Shown here in pieces: positions 1-14,520 of a stretch of DNA of 47,931 bases. The stretch is from Reclinomonas americana ATCC 50394 (Eukaryota). Under the pieces are notes generated by a model, which did not search any database, had not been told where the DNA came from, and saw only the letters and a program-made list of their open reading frames with translations. The DNA lies in NCBI GenBank assembly GCA_048213135.1, contig PS015462.1, positions 1-47,931 of the forward strand, written 5' to 3'. Positions within the stretch are counted from its first letter, which is position 1, and each line of letters starts with the position of its first letter. The position numbers and the translations under genes were made by a program.

Positions 1-54
1 AACCGCACCGGTCGCTTTATCGTGGCGATACAACACAGAGAATACATTTTTGGT

Positions 55-3000
55 TTACGTGGGTAGCGCTGTCGACAAGTCGGCAGCGGGTGTGAGCAGT
101 GAGGTAAAGTAGTCCTTGATGGAGAGATTGAGCTTGTGGCGATCGACGATCTCGGCCAGCAGATCTTGTCGTGTTGGGTGTCTGCGAAGGAGCGAGTGAG
201 TGAGTCGAATGCCGAGGTGTGGTGCATGACCATCATCGTCATTGGACGCAACGGCCTCTTGTATCGCTCGTCGGTGTAACGCACGGCGCGATTCGCGTTG
301 ACCGAGGTCATGCGAATGAGCGGGCCGAGAAGCCGTGCCGGCACCAGCATGTGATTCATCAGGGGGCCGAAGAACGGCACTTGATCCTTCACGAACAGCT
401 GGATGCGGTACAGGGAGTTGCTGACGGGGTAGATGACGATGCGCACGTGATTGAAGTTCGACTTGATCGTCGACGGCCAGTAGTCCCACGAGTGTTCGCA
501 CCACACGATTTGCACAAAGTCGTTGCCAATGTGCCGTTTCTGCAAGCGCACCTCGTCGTCAGCCCACGCAGACCAACAGGAGAGAAAGAACCTTTCTTTC
601 TTTCTCTACCACCACGCACCTTGTGAATCTGCCGCCCGTCGTCTGTCGCCACGTTAGGCATGCGAGTGGCCACGTGGAACAGTGCCTCGGTGGTGGAATT
701 TGACCAGTAGGGTGCTGTGTCGCCCGTCTGACCGTCGGTGGAGAGGCCACCGAGAAAGCCGCGGTGTGCCTTCAGGTCCACATTCCAGCCGAGAGAGAAC
801 AGGAAGCGCTCATATTCAGCGCTACCGCTCTCGTTCAAAAACAGCTCCCTCTCATCCTCCTGTCCGAGACGGACGTACACGATACCAATCTTGTGCGATT
901 CGCGGCTGCGTTTCAGACCCCCTCCGTGAGTGCGACGGGTATTGCGGTGCGGTACATGCGCGGACACACACGAACACGCAAGACGCAACTCTGAACGCAT
1001 GTCGAGCGCACGCAGACTCCTCAAAAATTTGTGATTCAGCTCGAGCGGGCAAAAATGCTCTGGCCCACTCAGCGACAGGAACCCGAAATGCGTCAGCAGC
1101 AGTCGACTGAAGCGTGTGAACGGGTGCTCGGGCGACGGCAGCGGTGGTCGAGCGGGTGTCCTGTGCATCGTGTTAGGCAAAGAGCGGCACACAATGTGCT
1201 GGCGCACGGCGGCTACGCAACATTTGCAATTGTGTGCGTCGCGAATGACTCTGCTGTCGAGCCTCTTGCCGGTCCATCTCCGTCTCCATGTCTTTCCTTC
1301 GCACCTCCACATTCGCCGGTATTGTTGGCAGGACGACTTGCGCAAATGCAGCGGCTTCCGTGTAGGTCGCCAGCACGCTGCGCCACGCACACAGGTGAGC
1401 GACGACTCCACGACGGACGCAACCATTCACCAGGCGATTCGCAACGCAACTGCTCGTGTAGTCGCTTGAGCATGTCGACCTGATCAAAATTCAAATCTTC
1501 GCTAAACATCGGTGGTTGGTCGGGTGTCCACAGCTCGGGCGGCGCCGCCGCTGCTGACGCCGTCAGCGACGACGACGACGAAGAGGCAGAGGATGCACCG
1601 GCAGCCACAGCGCCGTCAGAGGCCGATCCAGATGGTGAGTCTGGCGTTCCCAGTGTCAAGCTGTTCACCAGCGCCGTCGCTCCCGAGCCACCAAGAGTGG
1701 CGAAGCGCACATTGCGGGGACTGCGCGGATTGCCGGTCTCCGATGATGCAGTGTCGGTGGAGTCTGTGCGATCGTGGCTGGAGCCCGCGCGCCGTGGTCT
1801 GCACCGACGTGGCAACAGTGTTCAGCAATGGGAACGAGCAAAGCAGCACAATTCGTACACAACTGGAAATGGCCTCCGGTGGGAGTGCTTCGTGGCGCAG
1901 ACAGCGTGTTCCCGAGCGCCACGGCGGCGAGTGCGGCCGCACTACCAGCCGTCGTCGCCTTGTCTCCGCCAGCCGTCACCGTGGCCATGCTGTGACCACG
2001 CGAGCGCACATCCGCCACCAACGCTGATCCGGCTGCTGAGGCAACGCACGTCTCAGTGCAATGGACTAAACAAGAGGAGACAGAGACACACACGCACAAT
2101 CCTGGTAGACAGACGAGCTGCGCGGATGTGCTCCTGGTGGTGACAATAGGGGAGATACTGGCGATGGAGAAGGGGATCCCGACATGGAGCCACCTTCTGG
2201 AATCGACACCGCGAGAGAAGTTGACTGGTTGCGATCCAGCATTTCACCGCCGGAAATCACGGTTGGTAATGACGGCTCCTCGTCCACCATGCGGCACTTC
2301 CAGGCATACCGGCCAGTCATGTCACGAGTGACAACAATGACACATGGCGCTGTGCAAAATTCCAGTCAGCACAGAGTGTGATACTGCAGCTGCTGGGGAG
2401 TGAACCCTGAAACGCAACTGCCGTCGTCGTCGACAGCGTCTTGTACAGAGATTAGCCGGCGGGCGTGCATTTCAAAAAACATCGGTGGCCGGGTTCCGTA
2501 CGGGAACTCGGTCCCGGGGCCGGCCACCACAAATGGACCAGCAGTGAGTGGCTCCACCGAGTTCTCCGAATACTCTACATAGGAACTCGACAGAGTCTCC
2601 GCGCCTGAGGAGTAGGGAACAGGATATGAGACCACGCTGGCGTCAACTCGCACAAGGGCAAAAAACAAACAGCAGCTCACCGCCGGCCAGTGGGAAATTG
2701 TTGAATTGATGGAGGATGTGGGCGAGAAGGCTCTCCGCGGCCTCACGCACCACCGGATGCAACATGACAGACTCGGCACCGACAGAGTCATCTACGGAGG
2801 AGCCGCCTCGGGTCGACGAGCTGAAGCGACTCGCACCACTGCCGCCGGCGGGGCTGCCACTCCCCGATGCCATTGGCGACGCTGACGGCGACAGTGGAAC
2901 CGCTGGAATCTTGACAGACTTGCGCATTGCGGCGCGCTTGTCGGCCGACACACCCTGCACACAGCATTAGCGCGACGAAGATTGGATACAAACAGAATGC

Positions 3001-6000
3001 GGGGCATGCAGCTCACCACGAGCGACGGGCCCATGACTCCCGCAAGTGCGGTGGCGGCAGTGTTGGGATCCATGCCGCACGCAATCACATGGAACAGAGC
3101 GTGTGAGATCAGCGGATTGGCCAGCACGTCGGGTGTCAGTGCCATGGTGACATCCAGCAGCGCATCGTACAGGCCAACGATAACAGGCACTGCGACAAAA
3201 ATGAGGACGCTGCTGTGGAGGAGAGAGGAGGCAATGGAGACGCACAGCGAGTTTCTGTGAAGCGCATGATTTCCTCCTCGATGCGCGATCCCAGCGTGAT
3301 TACGAGATATTGCGCCGCTCCCTGCACACGCGCGGGGAGGAAAAGGTAAGCAGCAGTATGGCGGCACGACTGAAGGCGACAGCATAGTGGGGCAGCCACA
3401 CGCACCGGGTCGACTTCGACAACGCGACTCATCACCTCAGAGAGCATGCGAAGACAGTCGTGAGCAGCTTTCGCCGTCTGTTGTCGCTGGTCGACGCTCT
3501 TTTTCAACAACAACTCCAAGCACGAGTGCATCTGGACGCGCATGTCACTGCGCACGACAGAACATGCATGAGCGCTCGAGTTTTAGCAGCGGCGACAGCA
3601 CACAAAAATACGCTTGAAATCCCCACCTGCTGGACAAGAGCAAGTCCTGCAACAGCACGAGGCTGAGACCCCACACAGACATAATGTCGCACAGCTCGGT
3701 CAGGTTTTGTGACGCGGCCCTTGTGAACAGAACGTATAGGCGGTGGTGCAGCTAGGAGGAAAACAAAGGTAAGTAACCAATACCAGCTTTGGGGAATGAA
3801 CAACTTGGACGATGGCAGTGTACCTGAGCAAACGTGACGCTGGTCGACTCGAGGCCAGAGGGTGAAAACTGCACAGGAGACGGCAACGGAGCGTCACCAC
3901 CAAGTGAAGAGTGCGAGTAGACGGCCAGTGCACGTTACGCAACTCTCACTTGCGGAGTATTGGCAAAGTGATGCGGCAAGAACACGATGCTGACCATGAT
4001 GGACAGACCGGCCTCCTTCAGCTCGCTGTTGGTCGACGATTGTTGGAACTACAGTGACAAGGAAGAACGCACTGTGAGCATCAGCACAAAGAGAGAGAGA
4101 GAGAGAGAGAAGCTACTGGAATCGATCGCAACAATGCTCTGAATGGCGTCCAGGAAGGCCGGCAACAAGAACCGGCTGCCGGGGTGGTCGAGAGCAAAGA
4201 AGCCACGCGAGTGCATGATGATGGCTTCGGGAATCTTGGACGATCTGTCGCTGAGGCCCTGCAAGAGACAAAACACACACACGCGTCACGAACAATCGAC
4301 TGTGCTCACAATGGCGCGCGATCATACACACCTCTTGCAGCAAACTGTACACCAGGGCCAGATGCTGCGGGAAAATCGGGCGACTCGTGCGGCTGCACAC
4401 AATGCGACACAACACACTGTACGCTGACGCTCGGCCATCCTCGAAGCCACTGTGGCACACGGAAGTGTCAATAATAGAGCGGCAACTACATCGTACCGGC
4501 AGCTGGACGCAACGAGTCGGCACGACTGCACGCTTCCAGCAACCATTGCCCGAAAATGTGCAGCAGCGAGTTGGCCTCTGGCGGGTGCACAATGGTCGGT
4601 TGTGATGAACCACTGCTACCGCTGCCGCTGCTGCTGCCGCCACCACTGCCGCCACCGCCGCTACCCGATCCACCTGCATCAGCAACCAATAAAGGGACGT
4701 CAGCGACGAAGGATAGAACGGAACGAAGAAGAGCAGGAAGCTGATACGCACCGAATTCGGTCTTGGCCTCACGGCGTCCGACCGACAGGAAGAGGTTGAT
4801 CACATCGGCGAGTCCGCGGAAAGCCAAGGCGAAAATACCAGCCTCGGTGATCTCATTCGGGTTTCCCATGATGTCTGCAGACGACGGTCAGAAACACGGC
4901 TGGCACACCGACGGCGCGCGTGTGAGAGAAGACGCACAGAGAATCTTGTCCCACAAAAAGGCGATCTTGGAGCGCTTGATGGTGGCATCCGGGTGCACTC
5001 GATCGTCCTTCCCATAGTACAAGTAATCAATGAGCTGACCAGTGAGTCGCATCAGGGAGCCCTGTTCACGGCGGTGAGGATCTGCTCACTGCACAATCGT
5101 GAGACGATGGCAGGCATCGTGCGCAACTCTCCACTGTTGGACCGCCTGATGATAGTTCTTCCACAACGACATAAAGTGGTGCAGTTCGCCCCACAGCTCC
5201 TCACTTGCATCCGACAGCAGATCGGCGCGAACAAACAAATCAAAAAGAACCTGGCACAACACTGTGAGTGTCATGCCCATCGTCGCGCGCGCTCAGTATT
5301 GTTGTTGTCGCACCTTCAGCAACACATCGGCCACATCCTGCAAATAGTCGGCCGTCCCGCGACTCTCCACCAACAAGTAATTCGCAATGTTCATCTGCAA
5401 CTTCAGTACGCGGTCCCTGCACATATTCATGAGAGACTCGTCCAACTGGTGCCTGCGCGACAGCTGACGCACCATGTGGGACGCTCCAACTCCACATCCT
5501 TGACAACCAACGACGAAAAGATCTCCACGGCAGCACGACACAAACTAATGTGCGCACTCTCCGAGCCGCCCCTTCGTGGCAAGAAGAACACTTGCGCCAC
5601 CAGATCCGACATGGCCTGCACATCGTCGTCAAGCACAGGCAGCGAAGAATGACGCAGGGCGACAGAGGAATGCATACCATAATGTACAACTGCAGATTGG
5701 AGGCCATGGTTGGTGGTCGCTGAATCGTCGACCGCGACGTTGGTTTCATCCAGCCTCGCAGAATCTCAAACACACTCTCCAGCGTCTCCGTGTTGGTCAC
5801 CGGCAGAGTCATGCTCTGCGAAACAAAGAGGTGAGCGTCAACATGGAATCGTCACTACGTCCGTTCCAACAACCGCAACCACACCTGACGCAAAATCTCC
5901 AGTACCAAGTCGATTCGTGCACTGACACTGCAAATGGCGGCCATCTTCTGATCGTTGCGCAGTGATTCGGAAAGCCAGCGCACCAAAACCGCCAGCAGCG

Positions 6001-6031
6001 CACCGGGGCACTGTTCGAAGCCCCAGTCGCC

Positions 6032-6067
<36 letters not shown>

Positions 6068-7227
6068 GGAGACAAGCGGTGAGCGGTGGTGGCGAGCGTG
6101 CGTCGCCNNNNNNNNNNNNNNNNNNNNNNNNNNNNNNNNNNNNNNNNNNNNNNNNNNNNNNNNNNNNNNNNNNNNNNNNNNNNNNNNNNNNNNNNNNNNN
6201 NNNNNNNNNNNNNNNNNNNNNNNNNNNNNNNNNNNNNNNNNNNNNNNNNNNNNNNNNNNNNNNNNNNNNNNNNNNNNNNNNNNNNNNNNNNNNNNNNNNN
6301 NNNNNNNNNNNNNNNNNNNNNNNNNNNNNNNNNNNNNNNNNNNNNNNNNNNNNNNNNNNNNNNNNNNNNNNNNNNNNNNNNNNNNNNNNNNNNNNNNNNN
6401 NNNNNNNNNNNNNNNNNNNNNNNNNNNNNNNNNNNNNNNNNNNNNNNNNNNNNNNNNNNNNNNNNNNNNNNNNNNNNNNNNNNNNNNNNNNNNNNNNNNN
6501 NNNNNNNNNNNNNNNNNNNNNNNNNNNNNNNNNNNNNNNNNNNNNNNNNNNNNNNNNNNNNNNNNNNNNNNNNNNNNNNNNNNNNNNNNNNNNNNNNNNN
6601 NNNNNNNNNNNNNNNNNNNNNNNNNNNNNNNNNNNNNNNNNNNNNNNNNNNNNNNNNNNNNNNNNNNNNNNNNNNNNNNNNNNNNNNNNNNNNNNNNNNN
6701 NNNNNNNNNNNNNNNNNNNNNNNNNNNNNNNNNNNNNNNNNNNNNNNNNNNNNNNNNAAAGGGAGAAGAACACACACCAGCAGGAAGGAGAGCAGAGAAG
6801 AGAGAGGAGAAACTGCGAGGATCATCACACACGCACGCGCACCCTTCTTTGCAGCCACCCGCTGATACTCCATCAGACTCTTCCAGAACACATCCCAGCA
6901 CTTATCCGCACGCTCTCGGAAGAACACGCACACCTCGGGCGGAGGCAGTGCATCTGCGCATCATTCAATCAATCAAACCGCACTCACACACACTCACACA
7001 CTCGCTGCATGCAAAACTCACCAATGAGCGCAAACACATACTTGAGTCGCTTGGTGATGTTGTAGGTGTCGTCAATGATCTTGCTAAAGTGCTTGAACTT
7101 GGTTCTGTGAACATCAAAGTGAGCCCGCTTTTCTCTCTCTCTCTTTTTGATTCTCGATTTCTGCTCACCCGGCGACACCAGGCGGGTAAGCCGCCGCAGA
7201 GGCCGCTGCACCACTTGACGAGGCCAT
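55..7227 (-). CDS. RALGAPA: Ral GTPase-activating protein alpha subunit (C-terminal Rap-GAP domain); about 28 visible introns, spans N-gap 6108-6757
   Basis: Spliced C-terminus RSLRALDMRSDRESHKIGIVYV...HRGFLGGL...FHVATRMP...IHK|KRHIGNDFVQIVWCEH...VPFFGPL is the RalGAPA-type Rap-GAP domain. N-terminus MASSSG...KRLKYVFALID...FFRER resembles the RalGAPA N-terminus. ATG at 7227, TAA at 55-57, GT-AG introns restore frame. Confidence 0.85.
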
Positions 7228-7767
7228 TCTTCCGCGCACAAGAGAGCGAGAGAGCGCAAGAGAAGGAGAGTGGAAATGTCCCAACAAAAGTGCAACACCC
7301 GCACGCGATGCACTCGCACACGCACTCACACACACGCACTCACGCACAAAGCGAGCGAGCGAGCGACGAGAGAACGCGCGGAAGGACCTCGCGAAAGTGT
7401 GTTGGCTGCGGACAAAGGACAGTTAGAGCCGCATTGTCCGCAATCATCATTGGGAGGGTCCGGGGCCAGTGAGATCTCGGTGATCCGGGCCGAAAAAGAA
7501 TGGATCTCGGCCTCTCAAAAGAATGGATCTCTCAGCCGGAGCTGTGAAAGCAAATAGCAGCCGGGAAATTGCAGCCGGCCGCGGAAAATTGGCACATTCC
7601 GAAAGTGGACGCTTGCAGCATGCAGCTGACTATCTAACGTTAACCAAAGCAGTCTAGAGGAGCACGCAGAACACTAGCCTTCGTGCTATCGCTGTTTTGG
7701 CACGTTACCCAGAGGTTTTGTCAGTCAATTCCACTCGATCAACTGATTCGGGTCACACGCGACTTTG

Positions 7768-8070
7768 ATGGTGAAGGCAAAGTTCATTGTGCGTCTGCAC
7801 TCGTTCTCTGCCACGAACCTGCTTGCCAAGGATCGGTGAGCGCACACACAGAGAGAGAATGGGTGAAGAGGGTGAGTGTGTGGGCCATGCCGCTGATGTT
7901 GTTGTGTTTGTTTGTGTGTTGTCCAGTGGTGGCACCAGTGATCCGTACCTGAAGGGCGACTGGGACCACTTCAAGACCTTCAAGACGCAAGTGATTCCGC
8001 GCTCGCTCAATCCCACATGGAGTGATGTCATTGAGGTGATAATATTACACTCGCACGCACGCACGCACGC

Positions 8071-8107
<37 letters not shown>

Positions 8108-10571
8108 NNNNNNNNNNNNNNNNNNNNNNNNNNNNNNNNNNNNNNNNTGAGCACTTGATTCCGCGCACTCGCTTACTCACGTGGTCCTCACCTGTGGTGG
8201 TACCACCAGCGCCGCATCCGGGTCCGGCAGTGGTGGTTTTGCCGTCGACGGAGCACCAGTTCAGGTGCGCAACGCTGGCGGTGCCATGGGTGGCTTCCTG
8301 GCGGGACCAAACAGTCCGTCACGCGCCGTGTCGAGCTCCTCTCCAGCAGCAGCCTCAGCAGCAGCAGCTCCGTCGCCTGTTGCCGCACCCACACCCATGC
8401 TCACACCCATGCAGCCAGTGATGCAGCTGGCACCATCGGCGGCGGCAGTCTCCGTGGCCGCTGTCGCGGTTCCAGTGGCCGCAGCCATGCGTGCGTCTAT
8501 TATTCCGCATGGCCAATGACATTGGTGACTATGTGAGCTGACTATGTGATTGGGCTCGCAGCTCCGCTGCCGGAGGGTTGGACTGAGCGGTTGGATGTGG
8601 CCAGTGGGCGTGTATATTATCAAAATGACGTGACTCGTGTCACACAGTGGGATCGTCCAGTACCTCCACCGTGCGTGCCTGTCCCTCCGTCGATACGTTT
8701 GTGTGTATGCGTACTCACATATGTCGACTGTTAATCAGGGGGTTGGTCGGCGTGACGCTGGTTACGGAAGACATGGCACGTATGCAGATCGGACCGGGTG
8801 CTGCTGCACCACCGGGTCAAGTTGCTGACGCTGAATGGAGCAAGATGCGCAATGCCGAGACCGCCATTGGCCTGCTTCGTTGCGTATACGAGTGCCAGGA
8901 GAAGAATGGTTGATGGTTGCACTCAATCCGTGGTATGTGCAGGTTCTGGAATTCCCGGCGTCCCTTCGCTGCCGCCAGCCGCACCTGTCGTGTTGGACTT
9001 CTCCAACGGCTCCACAGTGGCACAAGCCGCCAACTCGGCCGCCGCCGCAGCTGCTGCTCCCATTCCCGCCGCCGTTCCGACTCCGTATGCGCCTCCAGTC
9101 CCTCCCGTCCCCTCCGCTGTCCCCGTCGCCGTTCCAATGGCGCCCGCTCCGGCTACACCGGTTGCTCCTGCTGCACCAACGTCAGGACCTCGACCTGTCG
9201 CACCAGTGGCTGTTGTTGATGAGACGGTGAGCTGCGGGCAGCTGCAGTCTCGCACGCACATGTCGATTTCTTGTGCTCATGTGTGCGTGTGTGTGTGTGT
9301 GTGCAGGGCATTTCCGTGCCGCCTGTGGAAGCGCTCCCGTTGCCAGACGGCTGGGTGATGCGTTTCGATGCCACGCACAATCGTAACTACTTTGTGGATC
9401 ATGTTAACAAGACCACCTCGTGGTCGGATCCGCGCATTGAGATTCGGCGCAGGATGGTTGATGATGCACGAAGTTGAGCAGTGTGTGCACTCTCTGATAT
9501 GTCCGTTAGACTATGTCACTTACACATTCCTGCGTTGCATCTACCAGTGGCGTTGGAGGTGGCTCGCCGTGCTGATGCCGAAGATGCGCGTCGGAGAGAG
9601 GAAGACATGCGGCGTGCCGAGGAGGAGGCTCGTCGTATTGCAGCCGAGGAGGAGCGGTTGCGACAGGAGGAGTTGCGCCGCCGGGCTGCAGAGGAAGAGG
9701 CACGTCGTCGTGCGGCCGAAGAGGCTGCGCGCCGTCGGGCAGTAGAAGAAGAGGCTCGCCGGCGGGCGGCGGAAGAGGAGGCGCGTCGTCGCGCGGCAGA
9801 AGAGGCTCGTCAGGCGCAGTGGCGCAGGGAGGAGGAACAGCGACGGCAGCGTGAAATCGAGGAGGCCGAGCGCGTGGCACTGGAGGCACAGCAGATGGAG
9901 GAAGAGCAGCGCCGGTTGCGTCACTTTGTTGTCTGTATTGCGACTCGCACGCGTCGGCCTGTTTCTCACCATGTTTACTTGCTTGTTCGTGCGCAGCCTG
10001 CAGGAGGAGGAGGACATGCGGTACGCACAAGAGCTGGCGGAGGCTAACGCCAACGCCGCCAATTCTCTGCCGCCGGGCTGGGAGGAGTGCATTGACGCCC
10101 AAGGCCGGTGAGCAGACCGTGATCGACCCGCCGCAGTCTTTTTTGTGGCATTCACACTGTTGATACGTTTGCAGAACGTACTTTGTGGATCACAACACGC
10201 GCACCACTACGTGGAACGACCCTCGTCGCGCGCCTCCAGCGCAGCCGCCGATGCACCAACAGCACCCGCAAGTGGCGCAACCCAACCCCTACGCTGGCTA
10301 CGGACAGCCGGCGGCGCAACCGGTACGTCGCACGTGTGCACCCTTGCTGACTCAACCACCTCCTCCTTCTTGCTCACAATCTGTGCAGTACGGAGCGTAT
10401 GGCTACGGAAACCAGTACCCGCAGTACATGCAGCCGCAACAAGCGTACCCTGGCGCGCAGGTTCGACCGACTCCTTTCTCCTCCTGTCTCTTGTTGTCGC
10501 AAACTGAGGGAAGTCGCACTGCCACACAGCAACCTCCGTATGGATACGGCAACTACTCGCAGCAACGTTAA
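7768..10571 (+). CDS. C2 domain + 3 WW domains + ER/K single-alpha-helix protein, no HECT domain
   Basis: MVKAKFIVRLHSFSATNLLAKDRGGTSDPYLK...KTQVIPRSLNPTW (C2). Three WW motifs: PLPEGWTERLDVASGRVYYQNDVTRVTQWDRP, PLPDGW...YFVDHVNKTTSWSDPR and [39 protein letters not shown] repeats at 9600-9900. The C2 domain is cut by gap 8108-8147, so the join across the gap is assumed. Confidence 0.75.
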
Positions 10572-10802
10572 TGATCGTACGGCGCGAGTGGGGAACCTGT
10601 GGCTTGTGTTGCAGTCGGCAGTCGCGAACCGATTGATTGTGGTGGTGAATGAAGAAAAACAAACTTCGTACACTTTTTTCTGCGACACAAGAAGAAGAAG
10701 AAGAGGAGGAGGAGGAAAAGAGAGAGAGCTCTGGCAAGGATAAAAAAGCAAAACTATGCACACAGACCGAAATCAAACCAAACATAATCGGGAGAGCCCG
10801 GA

Positions 10803-13800
10803 TTACGTCGGTGGCACCTCGCAATGATCGCCACTCCAGCCGAGCTGGCATTCGCAGCTGCCGTCTGGACGGCACGTGCCACGGGCATTGCAGGTCTCCA
10901 CCGGTCGGCATGTGCAGTGAGCGCCGCCGACGCCCGGGTAGCATTGGCAAGTGTTAGTCGCCAGATTGCACGTGCCGTTGTACAGTGTGGGCCAGTCGGG
11001 CAGGAATGGCGCACGGCAGTCCAGGTCTGCGCAAGAATTCAAGTGCACTTAGTATGACAAGCATCGCGCGTAAGGACAGAGAGAGAGAGAGAGAGTAAAC
11101 GTGTGCTCACCACTGGCGCAGAGGTAGGGGTTCGGGAACGGAACCGGTGGTGGCGGTGGCGGCGGTGGCGGGGGAACCGTCTGCGGATCACGCACGTTGC
11201 AGCTCGGACCAGTCCAGCCCAAGTGGCAGCGGCATGTGGCATCGCTGTTGCACTGGCCATTGCCGGAGCACGTCTCCACCGGTCGGCACTCGCAGTTCTT
11301 GCCATTGATGCCCGGGTAGCACTGGCAGCGACCGGCCACGCACACGCCGCTGAACAGGAATGCATTCGGCACGGGGCTGTTGCACTCGGCATCTGTCGCA
11401 CACGGGCCACCACCCGGAATCGGTGGATTCGGTGGGCCACCGTACACATCGCAGCGCGCGCCACTCCACGACGCGAAGCACGAGCACGAGCCGTCGGTGT
11501 TGCACAGGCCATGGCCATTGCACGTCTCCAGCGGACGGCACGAGCAGTCGGGTCCACCAATGCCAGCAAAGCACTCGCAGCGATTGGTGTCCTTGTTGCA
11601 GAAGCCACTGTGAGGGGCGTTGCAGGCGAACGGATCCGAGGCGTCGCACATTGGCGGCACTGGGATGGTGTTCTGGCAGTTGTCGCCCGAGAACCCACTG
11701 TTGCACACACAGGCACCGCTTCCGTCCAATCGTCCGCGGTTCGAGCAGTTGCGCGTTGTGCATCCGTACGCCACCGACGCAAACTTGTACTGCGACGGGC
11801 ACGGATCTGAGCCCGTGTTGTTCGGGAAACGATCCAGGTTGCCACCGCTGGCCAGGAACTCGTAGCAGAACGACGTCGGCGGGTTCTGGTTGCACAGACC
11901 CTGGAAGTGTGCCGTCACGTCCTTGATGCATGTGGTGGTGTTGGTCAGCAAGCTGCTGCCCAGCGGCTTCGGGCATGTCGTGGCTGTGTGGAATTAACAT
12001 GAGCAAACTGATTCTTCTCAACTCTCTCCCTTTCAAAAACGCAACTGTCGGTGCGGCCCCAGTTGGCCGAAATGGCAAACACATACTGGCCAGCCGGGCA
12101 TGCCACCACAATTGTACCGTCACTCGTAGTTCCCGCATTGTTGTCGTCCTGGCAGCCAGTCTGTCGCTGGATCGGCACGCAGTCCGGACCAGTGAAGCCC
12201 GACTTGCAAGTGTTGCAACGTGGGCCAGTAAAGCCGTCAGCGCAGACGCAGTTGCCGTTGCCGTCGCACGTGCCGTGTCCATTGCACGTCGTGGCCGCGC
12301 TGCAACCCTTGTCGCACTTCGGGCCGTACATGCCGTTGATGCACTGACTGCAGTCAGAGCCGCCATACGGGTAGAAGCAGTTGCAGGTCGCGTCCGCATT
12401 GCATGTGCCCTGCCCGCTGCACGACTCCACCGGACGGCACTCGCAGAATGGTCCGTTGATGCCCGGTCGGCACCCGCACTTCTTCGTCACCGGATCGCAG
12501 ATGCCGTTGTTGAAGTCCGTGCAGCTGTTGATGTTGTTCGGGTTGCACATGTCGCACTTGTCGCCCACAACACCAGGCTTGCACGCGCAGCCGGTGCCCA
12601 GCACGCCCTCCGAGCACGACGTCGTGCCGTTGGACAAGCACTCGCTGCACAGGCCGGCACACTGCGGTCCGTACCGACCAGGAGCGCACTTGTCGCACAG
12701 CGGGCCAGTGAAGCCCTCCTTGCACTGGCAGCCCGTGCCAAACACACCCTCCGAGCATGTCGCCGTGCCGGCACCGTAGCAAGCGCTGCACTGGCTTGTG
12801 CATGTCGGACCAAACAGTCCCGGCAAGCACGTGCTGCACGACTTGCTGGCATCGAAGCCAGTCGTGCACACGCACGATCCGTCGGTCTGCGCCACACCCT
12901 TGCCGCTACACGTCACCGCGTCCGTGTACTGGCAAGCCGAGCCAGTCGAGCCTGGCTTGCACACGCAGCCGGCACCTGAGCGACCCGGCACGCACTCCAC
13001 CGTGTTGGCCACCACGCAAGCAGCGCACCGGCCACTGCAATCAGCACCAAACGCCTGCGCAATGCACTGATCGCACAGCGTGCCGGTGAAACCGCTCTTG
13101 CACACGCAGCCGAGACCAGTGATGCCCTCGCTGCACGTCTGAGTGCCGCCGACATCGCACTGCGAGCAGAGGCCGGCGCAAGCAGGTCCGTACCGGCCCG
13201 TCTGGCAGTTGGCGCAGTTGGGCGACTGGAAGCCAGAGTTGCACAGGCACTGCGCATCCGACTGGCACACTCCGTAGCCGCTGCATGTGCCGGCGTTGGT
13301 GCACTGGCACAGCGGGCCGTTGGTGCCGGCCGGGCACGAGCACTTGCCGTCGCCCAGCGCACCCTGGTTGCACGTGCCACCATTCTGGCACAGCGGGCAC
13401 ACACCCGAGCAGTCGGCACCGAAAAAGCCGGCCGGGCATGTGCACTTGCCGTCGCCCAGAGAGCCCTGGTTGCATGTGCCACCGTTGAGGCAGGTAGGGC
13501 ACACGCCCGAGCAGTCGGCGCCATAGAAACCGGCAGGGCAAGTGCACTTGCCGTCGCCCGAGGCGCCATCAGCGCACGTGCCACCATTCTTGCAGTTGCA
13601 CGTGCCGAGGCAAGCCGCGCCGTAAAAGCCCGGCTGGCAGAAGCACAGGTTGCCACCGGCCACTGTGCCGTTCGGGTTGCACGTGCCGGCTGGCTGGCCG
13701 TTCGGGAGCACCGTCTGCACGTTGCTGAAAGAGGGGAAGGGGAGAGCAATGAGGACGAGGACAAAGGGAGACACCGATTAAGGTGAGCCTCACCAGTCAG

Positions 13801-14520
13801 TGGCCTGGTTGCACTCGCAGGCGGCTCCCATGAAGCCCGCCACGCAGCTGCACGTGAAGTCGACCGTCAAGTACTTGTACACGGTCGGGCACGGCTCGTT
13901 GAGCGCGCCATTGGCGCTCTGGCCCACGCGGTTGAGCGGGCCATCATCCGCCACACTGACGGCGCACGACGCTTGCCCAGCGCACGCCGCCGCCACAAAG
14001 CTCGTCACATCCACATCCGACGGAGCGCACGTTTGCGAGTCGACGCGCGTGTTGCCAAACATCGACGAGATCGGGCACGTGGAGGTCACTGACACACACA
14101 AACAAGCGAGGTCAGCCACCAACAAAGGGTCGTCCTGGCTTCTCTCATGGCCGCGGAAAAACTTCTCACCAATGCTTCGACCCCAGGAAGCCGAGTTGAT
14201 CGCCACCGGCATGGCGTTACCGAGTGGCCGCACCTGACCTCCGCACGTGATTGTCGCCTGCACATTAGTATCGCTCACAGATGCTGTGTGTGTGTACACG
14301 GTCAGTGGTGTGGCGATGCAGTGCCGCGCACAGAAAGCAATCGCTGCACTCAACTCTGTCCGCACTTGACCGTTCTCCCTGTGCAGAGAGCGTTGTTGTG
14401 AGCGATCGCGACGAAGGGCAAAACAACGAGAAGAAAAATGTCGCAACTTGCATCCACAGAGGAGCACGACACAAAGAGCACCAGCAACAACACCAACAAC
14501 ACCGACGCAAGACGGACCAT
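10803..14520 (-). CDS. Secreted protein with two SUEL (galactose/rhamnose-binding) lectin domains and many EGF/laminin-EGF repeats
   Basis: Signal peptide MVRLASVLLVLLLVLFVSCSSVDA. SUEL motifs ITC...INSASWGR...TCP...C.GQASCAV...EPCPTVYKYLTVDFTC and VACPAGQYVFAISANWGRTDTTTCP...DPCPSQYKFASVAYGC. Repeated CxCxxGFxGxxC. 6 introns, no transmembrane segment, TAA at 10803. Confidence 0.85.

Noticed and set aside
5809-7472. Long ORFs spanning N-runs, and many antisense or shadow ORFs throughout the track
   Set aside because: These are artefacts of N translation and of GC-rich, repetitive coding sequence on the opposite strand.
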